Below are positions 62,971 through 64,000 of a stretch of DNA of 64,000 bases, piece by piece. Every line of letters starts with the position of its first letter. The first letter of the stretch is position 1. The stretch lies in NCBI GenBank assembly GCA_964652755.1, contig CAZZBP010000002.1, positions 34,367 to 98,366 of the forward strand, written 5' to 3'. The DNA is from an uncultured Dehalococcoidia bacterium. GTDB lineage: Bacteria > Chloroflexota > Dehalococcoidia > Lucifugimonadales > UBA826. The notes beneath the pieces were generated by a model. The model did no database searches. It saw only the letters and a program-made list of their open reading frames with translations, and was not told where the DNA came from. A program made the position numbers and the translations under genes.

Positions 62971-64000
62971 TTAGGAAATATTGGGGACTGCTCTGAATTC
63001 GACAATGCTCTCAATCCAAGACGCTGCCGCAAGTAAACTGGACTCTCCATAAAACTTACCAGCCAACTGTGCACCGAGAGGCATCCCCTCCATATCTAGA
63101 GCGTACGGTATGCTGATTGAAGGGACGCCCGCCATAGTCCAGGGAGCTTGGAAAACAGGTTGCCCTGTCGTTTCAGGAGTGGGGGCCCCTGAAACTGCCG
63201 TAGGAGACAATAGCAGGTCGTACCCTTGAAGGGCCTTTTCAACGGCTGATTTCAATTTTCGTTGAGAGTTTCTTGCAGATACGTAGTTGACTCCCAAAGT
63301 CTCATTTCCTGTTTCAATTATGTTTCTTACTTGGGGCAAGTAATCTTCTGGTCTTTCAGCGAAGTTATTCTTGTGGGTAAAGGCGCCTTCAACTGTCATT
63401 ATCACCCTATGGGCATCTAGAATTTGTTTAAAGTCGATATCTAGATGGATTTTGCTAACCTCTGCACCGGCATTGGAAAGCTGATCTGCCAAAGTCCTTA
63501 TATTAGAAACTGTTTCCGAATCAGCCTCGTCTAAATAGTATTGCTCTACTAGGCCGATTTTAGGGGCCTTACTTTCCAGAAATGCGTCTGAATACCGAGG
63601 AATATCAGAAAAGACCGAACCTTCGTCTCTGTCGTCGTAACCTGCCATGCACTGGAGCATCGTGGCTGAATCTCGTACATTTTTCGTAAACCATCCCATC
63701 GTATCCAGAGATAGGGCTACTGGGTAGACTCCGACCCTACTGACTAGACCGTAAGTGGGTTTGAAGCCAACTACTCCGTTATATGCCGCAGGCCGAAGGA
63801 CTGAGCCGGCAGTTTGCGAGCCTAGAGACGCAGAGAAATATTCTGCTGATACACCAACAGCTGAGCCGCTGCTTGAGCCTCCAGGAGTTCTTCCAAGATT
63901 CCACGGGTTCCGGGTTGGGGGAGGGTCCCCACAGGCGAACTGCGTAGTTACGGTTTTACCCATAATTATTGCGCCGGCCTCCCGTAACAACTTTACGGGC
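62971..64000 (-). CDS. Amidase-signature family enzyme (GatA-like amidase), N-terminus beyond the window edge
   Basis: The amidase signature ..GKT...EFA.G......NPWN..RTPGGSSSGSAVGV.. is present. The frame is open to position 64000. Confidence 0.88.
   Translation of the reverse strand, partial: PVKLLREAGAIIMGKTVTTQFACGDPPPTRNPWNLGRTPGGSSSGSAVGVSAEYFSASLGSQTAGSVLRPAAYNGVVGFKPTYGLVSRVGVYPVALSLDTMGWFTKNVRDSATMLQCMAGYDDRDEGSVFSDIPRYSDAFLESKAPKIGLVEQYYLDEADSETVSNIRTLADQLSNAGAEVSKIHLDIDFKQILDAHRVIMTVEGAFTHKNNFAERPEDYLPQVRNIIETGNETLGVNYVSARNSQRKLKSAVEKALQGYDLLLSPTAVSGAPTPETTGQPVFQAPWTMAGVPSISIPYALDMEGMPLGAQLAGKFYGESSLLAAASWIESIVEFRAVPNIS

Noticed and set aside
1-64000. Mobile elements, prophage or defence islands, rRNA/tRNA genes and CRISPR arrays.
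   Set aside because: No transposase, integrase, phage structural, restriction-modification or Cas-like proteins appear among the ORFs. I noticed no cloverleaf-like or direct-repeat-spacer structures in the intergenic regions. The absence is by-eye only and should be confirmed with tRNAscan-SE, Infernal or minced.

Overview
This 64 kb window is gene-dense chromosomal DNA with about 55 protein genes. I found no rRNA, tRNA, CRISPR array, transposase or integrase by eye. The gene content suggests a marine Chloroflexota (SAR202-like) organism, but that assignment is inference only. Supporting content includes repeated enolase-superfamily, MFS, luciferase-like monooxygenase and sulfatase genes, ThyX, an RdhA/QueG-like Fe-S protein, and imuB-dnaE2 behind a GAAC-N4-GTTC SOS box. 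Layout: 1-10.2 kb is a catabolic paralog island. 12-16.8 kb is a LexA-boxed imuB-dnaE2 mutagenesis cassette. 17.8-25.5 kb holds a Kelch-like gene followed by two giant paralogous FtsX-type permeases with no ATPase. 25.5-40 kb is housekeeping (fmt, MMPL/RND, mutS2, thrB, lysC, two GT2, trpA, aroH). 40-46.3 kb is a second catabolic block containing an LLM-FAH-PTE operon. 46.5-50.3 kb holds rpsF-ssb-rpsR, a PPIase and hom. 51.5-55.1 kb holds an LprG-like lipoprotein plus P55-like MFS module and a repeat-containing surface protein. 55.6-62.6 kb holds rsmG, an RdhA-like protein, ilvD and ccmCDE. Most notable observations: (1) an Spx/ArsC-family gene with an in-frame TGA exactly at the catalytic Cys of CxxC, followed by a SECIS-like hairpin, which makes it a candidate selenoprotein that the ORF track truncates. 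(2) A promoter-to-terminator unit of about 165 nt with no annotated gene, a candidate sRNA or micro-ORF. (3) A mycobacterial-type lprG-p55 module. (4) A variant CcmE with CxxxY instead of HxxxY. (5) Three independent gene lesions: a sulfatase nonsense codon, an SDR with two frameshifts, and a CCG-domain remnant. All family calls rest on motif recognition and by-eye alignment. No database search was run.
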